Shown here in pieces: positions 1 to 8,911 of a stretch of 64,000 nt of DNA. The stretch comes from an uncultured archaeon. GTDB lineage: Archaea; Thermoplasmatota; Penumbrarchaeia; JASLWR01. The translations under genes and the position numbers were made by a program. The notes under the pieces are model-generated. The model did not search any database and was not told the origin of the DNA. It was given only the letters and a program-made list of their open reading frames with translations. Every line of letters begins with the position of its first letter. The first letter of the stretch is position 1. The stretch spans positions 85,850 through 149,849 of the forward strand of contig CAYFHS010000006.1 of the NCBI GenBank assembly GCA_964342815.1, given 5' to 3'.

Positions 1-1
1 C

Positions 2-745
2 TCCTTCGTAGGTACAGGTTCAGTGGTTTTTATAGCTGATGCCGATTTATTCACCAACGACCTTTTCTCCCTGGATCATATGTCCATCGATTACGAAGAC
101 CCTTCCCACTCTCTTTTCGCGGAAAGCCGGATCAATACAAGCTCCCTTCATCCGGATGACAAGGCTGACGGAGATAATCTTGCAGATAACACGCCGGACT
201 CGGAACCGGATTACGATAACCAAAAATTCATGAAAGAACTGATTTATTACCTGTTTCATGACAAGTTCAATTCGGATGAAGATCCTGAGATCCTCGTTCT
301 CATTGATGACAGCCGGCATGGTGAGGATGCAGTATGGTTAAGACCGATGTATGGTAGTTTGAGGGTGACCAGTGTTCTTACCTCACAGAGCTGTTATGTT
401 CTGGTCTCTTCGATATTCCTCTTCGTGGGCCTTTTCCTAGTGGTTTTGTTGAGCAAGGGCCAATTGGAATGGGAGCACGAATTCAATGTTCGGACATTTA
501 AAAAGAGATCCATGGTGCCCGTGGCTTCCGATTTGAAGAAGTCACGTTTAAGACGGGCTGTGATCGAGAAAGTAAGGATGGACCGGGGTCTCTCGCCGGA
601 AGAATTCCGTGAGGTGGACCCGCGGGATATTGATCGATTGATCGGAAATCCACAGCTTATACAATTGGTAAGGGACGAGAAGATTAGCTATTCGCCAGAG
701 GATTTCAGGCGATTGATTGAGATAATCAATAAATGGAAAAAATAA
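2..745 (+). CDS. DUF4350/GldG-like membrane-anchored protein, 5'-truncated by window edge
   Basis: Frame is open from base 2. G-x-G-x-VVFIADADLFTN motif and a C-terminal TM helix; lies directly upstream of moxR, the usual DUF4350-MoxR-DUF58 context. Confidence 0.6.
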   Translation, partial: SFVGTGSVVFIADADLFTNDLFSLDHMSIDYEDPSHSLFAESRINTSSLHPDDKADGDNLADNTPDSEPDYDNQKFMKELIYYLFHDKFNSDEDPEILVLIDDSRHGEDAVWLRPMYGSLRVTSVLTSQSCYVLVSSIFLFVGLFLVVLLSKGQLEWEHEFNVRTFKKRSMVPVASDLKKSRLRRAVIEKVRMDRGLSPEEFREVDPRDIDRLIGNPQLIQLVRDEKISYSPEDFRRLIEIINKWKK

Positions 746-788
746 CGGTCAAAGGAGAAATCCTAATATTATAAAAAGGTGATGAAAT

Positions 789-1910
789 ATGACAAATGGA
801 GCAGGACCAAAGAAGTTGCCCCCCGGACCGAGAGGACCTGGGCCTGGCGCAAGGCCAGTGGGGCCTCCGCAGAGAGGACCCATGGGACGACCCGGACCTA
901 GAGGGCCGGGACCCGGACCCAGGGGACCTCCAAGAGCAGGTGGTGCGCCAAAAGCGAGCCCAGCAGCTATTAGAGGAGTGGCAGCAACGGCAAATGCCGT
1001 TATTGAACAGGTATCCAAGGCTATCATAGGTAAAAGAGAGGTTCTGGAGAATGTATTGATTTCCATTCTTGCAAATGGTCATACATTGATGGAAGATTTC
1101 CCGGGAACGGCGAAGTCCCTAATGATCATGACATTTGCAGACACTCTGGGATGCAAATACAGAAGGATTCAGTTCACTCCGGATTTACTTCCCTCTGATA
1201 TTACTGGTACCTATATATACGACGAAAAGGAAAACGAATTCAAGTTCAGGGCAGGCCCGATCTTTGCGAACATAATCCTCGCAGATGAGATCAACCGGGC
1301 TCCGCCAAAGACCCAGGCGGCTATGCTCGAGGCAATGCAGGAAAGACAGACATCCATTGAAGGTGTTACTCACAAACTTCCGAAACCCTTCATCGTTATG
1401 GCGACTCAGAACCCCATTGAGCAGGAAGGAACATATCCCCTGCCCGAAGCTCAGGTAGATAGGTTCATGCAGAAGATGAGCATGGGTTATCCGTCCAGAG
1501 AAGATGAGCGAGAGATTCTCATCAGGAGGATGGGCCGAGGCAAGGATGATGTGGATGTGGACGTAATAACCAATCCGGAGAAGATCTTGGCTATGATGCG
1601 GACTGTTGAGGGTATTCACCTTGATCCAGCATTATTGACCTATATAGTCGAGATCGTGACCAGGACTAGAGAGGACCCCCGTGTTGTGGTAGGGGCGTCA
1701 CCAAGAGGTTCATTGGCGCTTTTCAAGCTGTCTAGAGCCAGAGCGGTCCTTCACGGAAGAGACTATATCACACCGGATGATATCAAGGCTATCTGCATAC
1801 ATGGGTTGGCTCACAGGATTATCCTGAAACCAGAACCTCGTATCAGAGGTGTACTGCCTGAGGATATCCTTAACAAGATTCTTGCAGAAGTGCCAGTACC
1901 AGCGGTGTAA
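789..1910 (+). CDS. moxR: MoxR-family AAA+ ATPase with Gly/Pro-rich N-terminal extension
   Basis: Walker A variant EDFPGTAKS, RIQFTPDLLPSDITG, Walker B ILADEINRAPPKTQAAMLEAMQE, ATQNPIEQEGTYPLPEAQVDRF, GASPRG. Confidence 0.95.
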   Translation: MTNGAGPKKLPPGPRGPGPGARPVGPPQRGPMGRPGPRGPGPGPRGPPRAGGAPKASPAAIRGVAATANAVIEQVSKAIIGKREVLENVLISILANGHTLMEDFPGTAKSLMIMTFADTLGCKYRRIQFTPDLLPSDITGTYIYDEKENEFKFRAGPIFANIILADEINRAPPKTQAAMLEAMQERQTSIEGVTHKLPKPFIVMATQNPIEQEGTYPLPEAQVDRFMQKMSMGYPSREDEREILIRRMGRGKDDVDVDVITNPEKILAMMRTVEGIHLDPALLTYIVEIVTRTREDPRVVVGASPRGSLALFKLSRARAVLHGRDYITPDDIKAICIHGLAHRIILKPEPRIRGVLPEDILNKILAEVPVPAV

Positions 1911-1913
1911 ATA

Positions 1914-3410
1914 ATGTGGACCAAGAAAGCGGTATTGTTGCTGTGTACGGGGATAGGTCTAGTACTTCTGGGGTTGATATTTCGGAACCTACTCCTCCTT
2001 GGGATCAGTATAGTACTGTTAGTATACTTGGGAATAAGCATCTTCATCAACCTGAATATGATGGTGCGTCCGAACAGACAGATGTCCAATGAAAGGATCT
2101 TTGAGGACGGGATGATAAAGACCGAACTGCAATTGGTCCGACCAAAATCCCTTCAGATAATCGCCCCTGTCGTTGGTGGGGGAGTTGTTGGCCTTGTGCT
2201 TTCGCTCCCCCTCGGTTTCTGGCTTTGGGGATTTGAGAGTCTTGGCAACGGAGCGGGTTTCCTCGCTCTTTCGACCCTCCTGATCGGTGCGGTTACCGGA
2301 GCTCTAATTGGATATTTTTCCTCGAAAGGGGGGATTGTGGAGGTGCGGGATACTCTGCCAAAACAGGTTGAGCTTAGAAGGGGAAGCAATTATACATACC
2401 TCGATCTCAAACCCAAGGGAAAAACCCGGTTGAGATATGCGATTCGCTGCCCCCTGAAAGGAGTTTACAAACTAGGTCCGGTATCCATTAGATCGCATGA
2501 TCCTTTCTATCTGTTCTACAGTGAGGTCAACATAAACTACACTTCAAGGCTCACCGTATTCCCGCAGACGAGAGAAATAAAGGAACTGCGTCTTAAGTCC
2601 AGGCAGCCCAAGATGTACCCCGGCGAGATGCGCGTGAAAATGCCGGGCCCGGGATATGAGTTCTGGGGCATCAGGGATTATGTACCTGGAGATTCCTTCA
2701 AAATGATAAACTGGAAGGCATTTGCTTCCACAGGGAGGCTTCTGGTCAACGAGAAGGAAAGAGAGAGCGTTTCCGATATCACCATCGTCTACGATGCAAG
2801 GGAGGTCTCAGGTATCGGGATGGAGTCCGATAATGCCAATATATATGGTGCTAGAGCGGCTGCTACATTGACCCAGTATTTCCTTGGGCGCCGCGATTCC
2901 GTGTGCCTGGTGGTATACAGCGACAAGGTCATGACAATCAAGAAAGGTGGCGGTCAGAAACAGTTATACGAGATATTGACGGCCTTGGCCGGTGCATCCC
3001 CCAAGGGGGATATACCGCTGCAGGGAATCGTTGAGGTCGCACTTCCCTATCTACCTCGAATGTCTCCTGTCATTGTCATTTCCTCATTGGATGATGACGA
3101 CTCTCTGAGAAAAGCGGTCAGTATGATGCGTGTCCTCGAGTTCGATGTAACCATATTATCTCCTTCTACCATAGATTTTGAACTTCTGGCAAAGGAAAAA
3201 GGCGCCGTTCAGGAAGGCTCAAGCATACTGGGAACCAAGAAGATACTGCAGTTCGATCCACTTGCATATGATGTTTTACGTCTCGAGCGGGATATTCTTC
3301 TGAAAGAGATGAGAGGATACGGTATTAACGTCGTTGACTGGAAACCACAGACACCTCTACAGCAGGTACTGTTAAGGGCAAGATCCATTTCAGGAATACG
3401 GGGGGATTAA
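1914..3410 (+). CDS. DUF58 (vWA-like) membrane protein, MoxR partner
   Basis: N-terminal TM pair, GYEFWGIRDYVPGDSFKMINWKAFA DUF58 signature; 3 nt after the moxR stop. Confidence 0.9.
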   Translation: MWTKKAVLLLCTGIGLVLLGLIFRNLLLLGISIVLLVYLGISIFINLNMMVRPNRQMSNERIFEDGMIKTELQLVRPKSLQIIAPVVGGGVVGLVLSLPLGFWLWGFESLGNGAGFLALSTLLIGAVTGALIGYFSSKGGIVEVRDTLPKQVELRRGSNYTYLDLKPKGKTRLRYAIRCPLKGVYKLGPVSIRSHDPFYLFYSEVNINYTSRLTVFPQTREIKELRLKSRQPKMYPGEMRVKMPGPGYEFWGIRDYVPGDSFKMINWKAFASTGRLLVNEKERESVSDITIVYDAREVSGIGMESDNANIYGARAAATLTQYFLGRRDSVCLVVYSDKVMTIKKGGGQKQLYEILTALAGASPKGDIPLQGIVEVALPYLPRMSPVIVISSLDDDDSLRKAVSMMRVLEFDVTILSPSTIDFELLAKEKGAVQEGSSILGTKKILQFDPLAYDVLRLERDILLKEMRGYGINVVDWKPQTPLQQVLLRARSISGIRGD

Positions 3411-3412
3411 AT

Positions 3413-4228
3413 ATGGCAAACGAAGTAGCCCGACCTCAAATGTCCATCGATGCAACGAAGTCAGCATATTTGATCATATTACTGCAGATATTCGGTACCA
3501 TCGTCCTGTTTACCGGAGGTTTTTTCCTGTACCAGATTATCAATGCCGGGGAAACTTCCCAAACACTGCAGCTGATGGGTTTCATTTTTCTTGGCATCGC
3601 TGTCATATTGGGACTTGTAGGATTGTGGGGTAGCCTGCCTTTCGAAATAATCGAACTGTCCGATTTGGAGATAGTACCAAGCCTAAACAATCTGATGGTA
3701 ATGTCCACAGCCCTGTTCTTCATACTGGCATCCATAGTTGGTATCTGGGGTAGCAGGATGTATACCGACGTCGGTAAACTTGGAAGCTGGGATCTCTTTG
3801 CGGTTCTTTTGTTCTCTTTCTGCGTGGTGACATATGTCGAATTGGCTTCCACCTCGAACCATTTCTATTCGGTAAAGAAATTCGCCAAGAAACACAACCT
3901 GAAAAAGGAGAACCTCAATCTGAACGTTCTTTCCGGCAAGTACCTTGTATGGTTCTTCGTGCTATTCACCATCATATTTATTTATTCCTGGTTCGTATTG
4001 GACCTCCAGAATGTAATAATTGCGATGATGGGCGACGGTTATGTAATATCTCCAATAACAATAGAAGGACTTTCACATCAGTTCGCAAATTCTCTCATAT
4101 TGAACTCTATCTACGGTGTCGCTCTTTCCATGGCCATTGTTTTCATACCCTTTACAATATTCATTCTGCTGATTTTCGGCGGGAAGGAAAAGGAAGATGA
4201 AGGGTTCGAAAGCGACGATATGATGTGA
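3413..4228 (+). CDS. Multi-pass membrane protein of unknown function, last gene of moxR operon
   Basis: About 6 hydrophobic helices; 2 nt after the DUF58 stop; acidic tail. Confidence 0.75.
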   Translation: MANEVARPQMSIDATKSAYLIILLQIFGTIVLFTGGFFLYQIINAGETSQTLQLMGFIFLGIAVILGLVGLWGSLPFEIIELSDLEIVPSLNNLMVMSTALFFILASIVGIWGSRMYTDVGKLGSWDLFAVLLFSFCVVTYVELASTSNHFYSVKKFAKKHNLKKENLNLNVLSGKYLVWFFVLFTIIFIYSWFVLDLQNVIIAMMGDGYVISPITIEGLSHQFANSLILNSIYGVALSMAIVFIPFTIFILLIFGGKEKEDEGFESDDMM

Positions 4229-4254
4229 TTTCTTTTTTTTCTTTTCTTTTTTTT
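4229..4254 (+). terminator. Oligo-T archaeal terminator of moxR operon
   Basis: TTTCTTTTTTTTCTTTTCTTTTTTTT immediately after the TGA stop. Confidence 0.7.
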
Positions 4255-4281
4255 ATAATTCCAGTATAAGCTCTATTTCAA

Positions 4282-4522
4282 TATATATTGCGGGGATTTG
4301 GAATTAATTATATTCAGCGGAATCGGCCCTTCGGGCTCCCACTTTGTTCCGGAGACACCCTTCTGGCGCTCCTGAGCCCTCGGCAAGAATGCCTACGGCC
4401 CCCGATTCCGCGAACTATGACAGGTAACACCTGTCATGCCAGACGAGCCGTCAGGGTCGTCGAGGATTGTCAAGCTGCAAACGTCGACTTTTTGTCGAGA
4501 TTTTCACCATTGACAATATATA
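4282..4522 (+). repeat. Dispersed structured non-coding element (ncRNA/leader or MITE-like), copy 1
   Basis: 4431-4522 is the reverse complement of 63909-64000 (84/92 nt). 10-bp closing stem 4317-4326/4402-4411, cUUCGg and cUACGg loops, 9-bp hairpin 4417-4437. Confidence 0.75.
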
Positions 4523-4588
4523 CCAAAAAGGGGATATTAATAAGGTATAGCAAAATAACTAAGCATGGATTAAGAAGGGATTGAAAGG

Positions 4589-6298
4589 ATGTTCACAACT
4601 CGTAGGATAATTGGCCGGAAAGGTAATATGCCGGTTATTTCGTTTACAGCAACCTTTATTATTATCCTACTTTCAATAGCTTCTTTTACCGGTATGATTC
4701 TTCTAACTGCCTATGGGGCTCAAGAGGGCGAGACGCGACTTGTCTGGACGGGAGAAGATGGTTACCATACCGATGGTCTAGAACCGGATTCAGGCCTGAC
4801 GACCGATACTTTTGAATTCAGGGTCATGTACCTGGATGATCTGGGCGATGATCCTTTGGATGAACTGGCCGGACATTACATTCATCTGGTATTGGATGAC
4901 GATGCTTATGATTTGACAACGGTTGATAATGAGTATTCCGACGGATCCATATTCAACATAAGCATGAAGGGACTTGAACCGAGACAGTACAAATACTACT
5001 TTAAGCTCAAGGTGCGGGATACGACCTATCGGCTGCCGACATCGGGGTATTTAGATGCTCCTTACGTTAATTCCAACCCAACATTAAGAACCGTATCGGG
5101 CGTGGAGCATGAGACTACGGTATACCCGGAGATGGGGAATACCACCGACCTCTTTAATTTCCAGATATTATATTCCGACCCCGACAATCATCCTCCCGAT
5201 GCCGGCCCTTTTTCAAGAGGAGTATATATCGACAATGTGTTTTATGAGATGAGCCGTGTACCCGGTGGTGGAAAGTACGGTAACGGAGTATTCACCGATG
5301 GTGAACTGTATCTGTTCACAACAAATCTAAAAAAGGGTGAACATAGGTATTATTTCCAGTTCACAGATGAAAAGGGAGGGGTTGCCACCAGCGAATTATT
5401 TATGGGTCCAACTGTAATAACAGGTTTTCCAGACCTGATGGTGAAAATGGACGGAGCGGTTCCGGATATAGCTTGGGAGTTGCCCTCCAGCGATCCGAAA
5501 GATTGGGATGCTGTTACCATAACGGCGGCAGTAGAGAATGATGGGGGATCCGATATCCCAGTGAACGAAAGCTTCATTGTTGACCTTGAGGTATATTATG
5601 TAGATCCCCGCACCGGAGATGCCGTACTCGAGGAGAGCTGGGTATTTCCCGAAACCGGCTTGGCCGTTGGTAAGGAACACATCATTAGCACAGAATACAA
5701 TCCCATCTCCGTGGGAGTGTACGAAGTACGGATAATTGTTGACATGGATAACGATATCAGGGAACTCGTTGAATTTCAAGGGAATCTTTCCCCTTCAAAT
5801 AACTTTGCGAAGGTCCGCTTCAAAGTCGGGCCCGATCTTTCGATATCTCACAGCGACATAATGCCCATATCCGCCTTTAACAGGGATGATCTGATATCAT
5901 CCGTCACAATACGCAATACTGGACCCACCGATGCGGTGCTCGGTGACGACCTTACAGTGGTGTTCAAACTTGGAGATATAATCGAGCGAAGTATTATTCC
6001 CAAGGACACAAAGATAGCTGCGGGGAAAGTATACAAGATTGGTGCGGGATTCTATATTTCAACAGATAAAACCGATGCGAACATTTCGATCTCGGTTGAC
6101 CCTGATGGAGTTCTCAAAGAAGCAATAAATCGAGAAAGTCTATATGATAACAACAATGCGGATTCTCAAATAAAGGTGGTGACGAGAAAAAACCGGACCG
6201 TGGCGCCTTCCTTTCAACCGCCTATGCTGCTGCTTATTTCGGTTCTTGCAGCATTATCCCTTTTAACATGCAAGGATTCTAAAAAGGATCCCTATTGA
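4589..6298 (+). CDS. Surface protein: two Ig-like F-x-F-x-V-x-Y-x-D-x-D domains + two CARDB domains + C-terminal anchor
   Basis: N-terminal signal/TM; PDLMV...AVENDGG...VDMDNDIRE...NN CARDB pattern twice; C-terminal PSF-hydrophobic-basic segment. Confidence 0.8.
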   Translation: MFTTRRIIGRKGNMPVISFTATFIIILLSIASFTGMILLTAYGAQEGETRLVWTGEDGYHTDGLEPDSGLTTDTFEFRVMYLDDLGDDPLDELAGHYIHLVLDDDAYDLTTVDNEYSDGSIFNISMKGLEPRQYKYYFKLKVRDTTYRLPTSGYLDAPYVNSNPTLRTVSGVEHETTVYPEMGNTTDLFNFQILYSDPDNHPPDAGPFSRGVYIDNVFYEMSRVPGGGKYGNGVFTDGELYLFTTNLKKGEHRYYFQFTDEKGGVATSELFMGPTVITGFPDLMVKMDGAVPDIAWELPSSDPKDWDAVTITAAVENDGGSDIPVNESFIVDLEVYYVDPRTGDAVLEESWVFPETGLAVGKEHIISTEYNPISVGVYEVRIIVDMDNDIRELVEFQGNLSPSNNFAKVRFKVGPDLSISHSDIMPISAFNRDDLISSVTIRNTGPTDAVLGDDLTVVFKLGDIIERSIIPKDTKIAAGKVYKIGAGFYISTDKTDANISISVDPDGVLKEAINRESLYDNNNADSQIKVVTRKNRTVAPSFQPPMLLLISVLAALSLLTCKDSKKDPY

Positions 6299-6349
6299 GC
6301 AATTATTTTAATACCAAAAGTCCAAATTCCTATCTTGGGATGTATTTTT

Positions 6350-6994
6350 ATGAAAATTCTAGTCGTCAGTGATATTCACGGCAGCAGGAAAGCCGTGGAG
6401 ATGATCAGGGGGAAGATCGAGAAATTGGGGCCGGACCTTACGGTGGTGTGCGGTGATATTACACATTTTGGAACTCCTGATGAGGCCCGTTTGACAATTG
6501 ATTCCTTTTCAGGTCTGGTACTTGCGGTTCCGGGTAACTGCGACCCTCCGGGGATCGAGGACGGTGTGGCCGATAGTCACGGAGTTGACCTGCACGGAAA
6601 GACGTATGAGCTGGACGGAATAATATTCGCGGGATTCGGCGGGGCAAGAAAGATGTTCGGTACCGCCCGAGAATACGATGAAGAATTTATCGGTGAGAAC
6701 ATAAGACGTATCTTACCGGGTGCGGATGTACTTATTGTTCATGGACCGCCCTACGGAATCAACGATCTATCCCAAAGTGGTCATGCCGGATCACGCGAGT
6801 TACTTGATGCAGTTCAAGCCTACAAGCCACTGCTGGTGCTGTCCGGTCATATCCATGAGTGTCAAGGTATCGTCCGGGAAGACGGTATCACTTATATCAA
6901 TCCCGGGGCTGCCAGAGACGGAAGATTCGCTTTTCTAGAGATAGACGAGGCAGCTCACAAGATCAGAGATGGGTCTATAGAGATGGTAGATTAA
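6350..6994 (+). CDS. Calcineurin-like metallophosphoesterase (Icc/YfcE-related)
   Basis: SDIHG, CGDIT, PGNCD, VHGPP, SGHIHE motifs; ATG start at 6350. Confidence 0.9.
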   Translation: MKILVVSDIHGSRKAVEMIRGKIEKLGPDLTVVCGDITHFGTPDEARLTIDSFSGLVLAVPGNCDPPGIEDGVADSHGVDLHGKTYELDGIIFAGFGGARKMFGTAREYDEEFIGENIRRILPGADVLIVHGPPYGINDLSQSGHAGSRELLDAVQAYKPLLVLSGHIHECQGIVREDGITYINPGAARDGRFAFLEIDEAAHKIRDGSIEMVD

Positions 6995-6996
6995 GC

Positions 6997-7545
6997 TCAA
7001 TCATAAAGATATTTGAAGATCCGGGGATTCTTTTCCATTATCTCCTCTTTGGTTAGCCCTTCCAATTCGTGGGGAAAAACAAGCCAGTTATCGTTTGTAC
7101 AAGCGTAATAATCGGGAGTTATGTCGGTTTGGTTTCTCGAGGGTTTGTAATAAACCGTAGCAACCCGGATCTCAGGTGCGTTCTTCCTGGCCTTTGCCTT
7201 AATGACCCTTATAACCTCCACCATGGTCTTCCCAGTGTCGAAAACGTCGTCGATCAAAAGCATACGGTCCTCGCTGTTCACTCGGTCAATAACATGATCG
7301 ATACCCTTAATCTCCACCGGGCCGGTGCTCATAATACCGGTATATGATTGGGTCTTGATTGAAGTATGGTAGGGTTTTATCCCCTTGTAGACCAGAAATT
7401 CATGGATCACTATTCCCGGAGGAGTGCCGCCTCTCCAGATACCTATCAGGAAATTTGGGTAGTATCCGTCATCCCAGATCATTTTGGCCAGTTCGAAGGA
7501 TTTCTCCTGTAGTTCATTTGCCGAGATATACACCTTTTTTATCAT
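6997..7545 (-). CDS. Type I phosphoribosyltransferase (hypoxanthine/xanthine PRT-like)
   Basis: IGIWRGG and PRPP-binding LLIDDVFDTGKT; W-x-V-F-P-H-E end motif. Confidence 0.88.
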   Translation of the reverse strand: MIKKVYISANELQEKSFELAKMIWDDGYYPNFLIGIWRGGTPPGIVIHEFLVYKGIKPYHTSIKTQSYTGIMSTGPVEIKGIDHVIDRVNSEDRMLLIDDVFDTGKTMVEVIRVIKAKARKNAPEIRVATVYYKPSRNQTDITPDYYACTNDNWLVFPHELEGLTKEEIMEKNPRIFKYLYD

Positions 7546-7564
7546 ATGCTCCCCTTGTATATTG

Positions 7565-7585
7565 TCAAAAGTGATTCACTTTTGA
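7565..7585. promoter_or_regulatory. Perfect 21-bp palindrome upstream of PRT gene, candidate operator
   Basis: TCAAAAGTGA-T-TCACTTTTGA, 20-40 nt upstream of the PRT start codon. Confidence 0.45.
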
Positions 7586-7588
7586 TAA

Positions 7589-7633
7589 TGTTCGCGGAAT
7601 GAGAGCTTCGCGGGAACCTTATTCCGCAGAACA
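7589..7633 (-). repeat. Short hairpin sharing the closing stem of the 4.3-kb element
   Basis: Minus strand TTC-T-GCGGAAT...ATTCCGCGAAC versus TTC-A-GCGGAAT...ATTCCGCGAAC at 4313-4415. Confidence 0.45.
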
Positions 7634-7695
7634 CACATATTATGACTATAGTGTTATTGGAGTATGACTGTATTATTATTGGTCTTACATAAAAA

Positions 7696-8799
7696 TTATC
7701 TTCGTATTACTACCGATAATATATCCTTGTCCTTCAAAATATGGAATAGACCCACCTTTTGACCCGGAAACTTCGCGCTGGGACCCCATATACGGGCATA
7801 TCGAAAGTTATGCACGAAATCTCTGTGAATGTTGTTGCAGATCGATTCCACGTCGGTTCCCATTTTCACCACCATTGGCTCCTCAAGATCCGCTTTTTCC
7901 CCCTGTGGTTTAAGGAAAACCCTCATAAATCGCAGGGTATCGAAAATACGGTCCTTGATCTCCTCTATCCCCTGGTTCTTACCAACGGCAATGGGTAGCG
8001 GATTGTAGGACCTGTATTTCGCTATGATCTTGGCAACAATTTCGGATTCGGCCAGGTCTACCTTGTTTATGAAAAGTAATGTCGGGAGATATTTCACACC
8101 ACCGGTCAGGCTGTCAATCAACTGGTAAGGTTTGATACGACTTCGTACAACCACGGTGGCATTGACGTAACCATAGGTTCTCACCATGTCACGTATCAGC
8201 TCTTCGGTCATAAAAGGCTGGTGACAGGTGGAGGCAACTTCGATTCCCCCTGCGTCGTTAACAGTGATGTGTATGTTCGGAGGAGATTCATTGAGTCTAA
8301 TCTTTGAATCCCTCAGTTCCCTGATCAATAGGTCCAGGTCAGGGGAGAACACGTCGAGCATCAGGATAATGAGATCACTACTCCTTGCCGCGCTTATGAC
8401 CTGTCGGCCTCGTCCCTTTCCCTTTGACGCTCCCTCGATGAGTCCCGGTAGGTCGAGAACCTGTATGTTCGCGCCCCGGTGATGAAGGGTACCCGGGACC
8501 ACATCCAAGGTAGTGAAATTGTACGAACCCACCTCACTCTCCGCATCCGTGATACAGTTGAGCATGGTGGACTTTCCCACCGATGGGAATCCAACGATGG
8601 AAACCGTTGCATTTCCGCTCTTCTTTACCTCATAACCACCTCCTCCCTTTCCACCGGCGGAACGGTTTCTCTCGAGATCTTCTTTAAGCTTTGCCACCTT
8701 CGCCTTGAGCTTCCCTACGTGGTGTTGGGTGGCTTTGTTGTATTTTGTATTTCGGATCTCTTCTTCAAGCAGATCGATCTGCTCCTTGATGGTCGCCAT
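7696..8799 (-). CDS. DRG/Rbg-family OBG GTPase with TGS domain
   Basis: N-terminal NKATQHHVGKLKAK, G1 GFPSVGKS, YNFTT, DLPG, NKVD, C-terminal TGS (ARIWGPSAKFPGQKVG). Confidence 0.95.
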   Translation of the reverse strand: MATIKEQIDLLEEEIRNTKYNKATQHHVGKLKAKVAKLKEDLERNRSAGGKGGGGYEVKKSGNATVSIVGFPSVGKSTMLNCITDAESEVGSYNFTTLDVVPGTLHHRGANIQVLDLPGLIEGASKGKGRGRQVISAARSSDLIILMLDVFSPDLDLLIRELRDSKIRLNESPPNIHITVNDAGGIEVASTCHQPFMTEELIRDMVRTYGYVNATVVVRSRIKPYQLIDSLTGGVKYLPTLLFINKVDLAESEIVAKIIAKYRSYNPLPIAVGKNQGIEEIKDRIFDTLRFMRVFLKPQGEKADLEEPMVVKMGTDVESICNNIHRDFVHNFRYARIWGPSAKFPGQKVGLFHILKDKDILSVVIRR

Positions 8800-8911
8800 T
8801 GGGGTCCGAGAGCGTCATTGGATTATATTTGTTTTTTCCACTCAGCCGTCTGTGACCAAACGGAAGCCAATTTTTATATTTATTTACTCCCTTACACGCC
8901 CCGGTGCATGC

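Noticed and set aside
749-1066. Antisense Gly/Pro-rich 105-aa ORF
   Set aside because: Mirror of the low-complexity moxR N-terminus; fully overlaps a well-supported gene.
4313-4480. c-di-AMP (ydaO) or TPP riboswitch identity for the repeated element
   Set aside because: Only fragments (CCGTCAG, GCGGAATC) resemble the consensus; GGGGGACC, GGGGUGAA, CUAAC and CUGAGA/AUACC motifs are absent, and copy 2 changes CCGTCAG to CCGTTAG.
4288-4584. 98-aa ORF across the structured element
   Set aside because: TTG start, no recognisable motif; the region is better explained as a repeated non-coding structure.
8705-8911. N-terminal 69-aa extension of the flippase in the ORF track
   Set aside because: Overlaps the divergent GTPase start; family-like sequence begins at TTG 8912.
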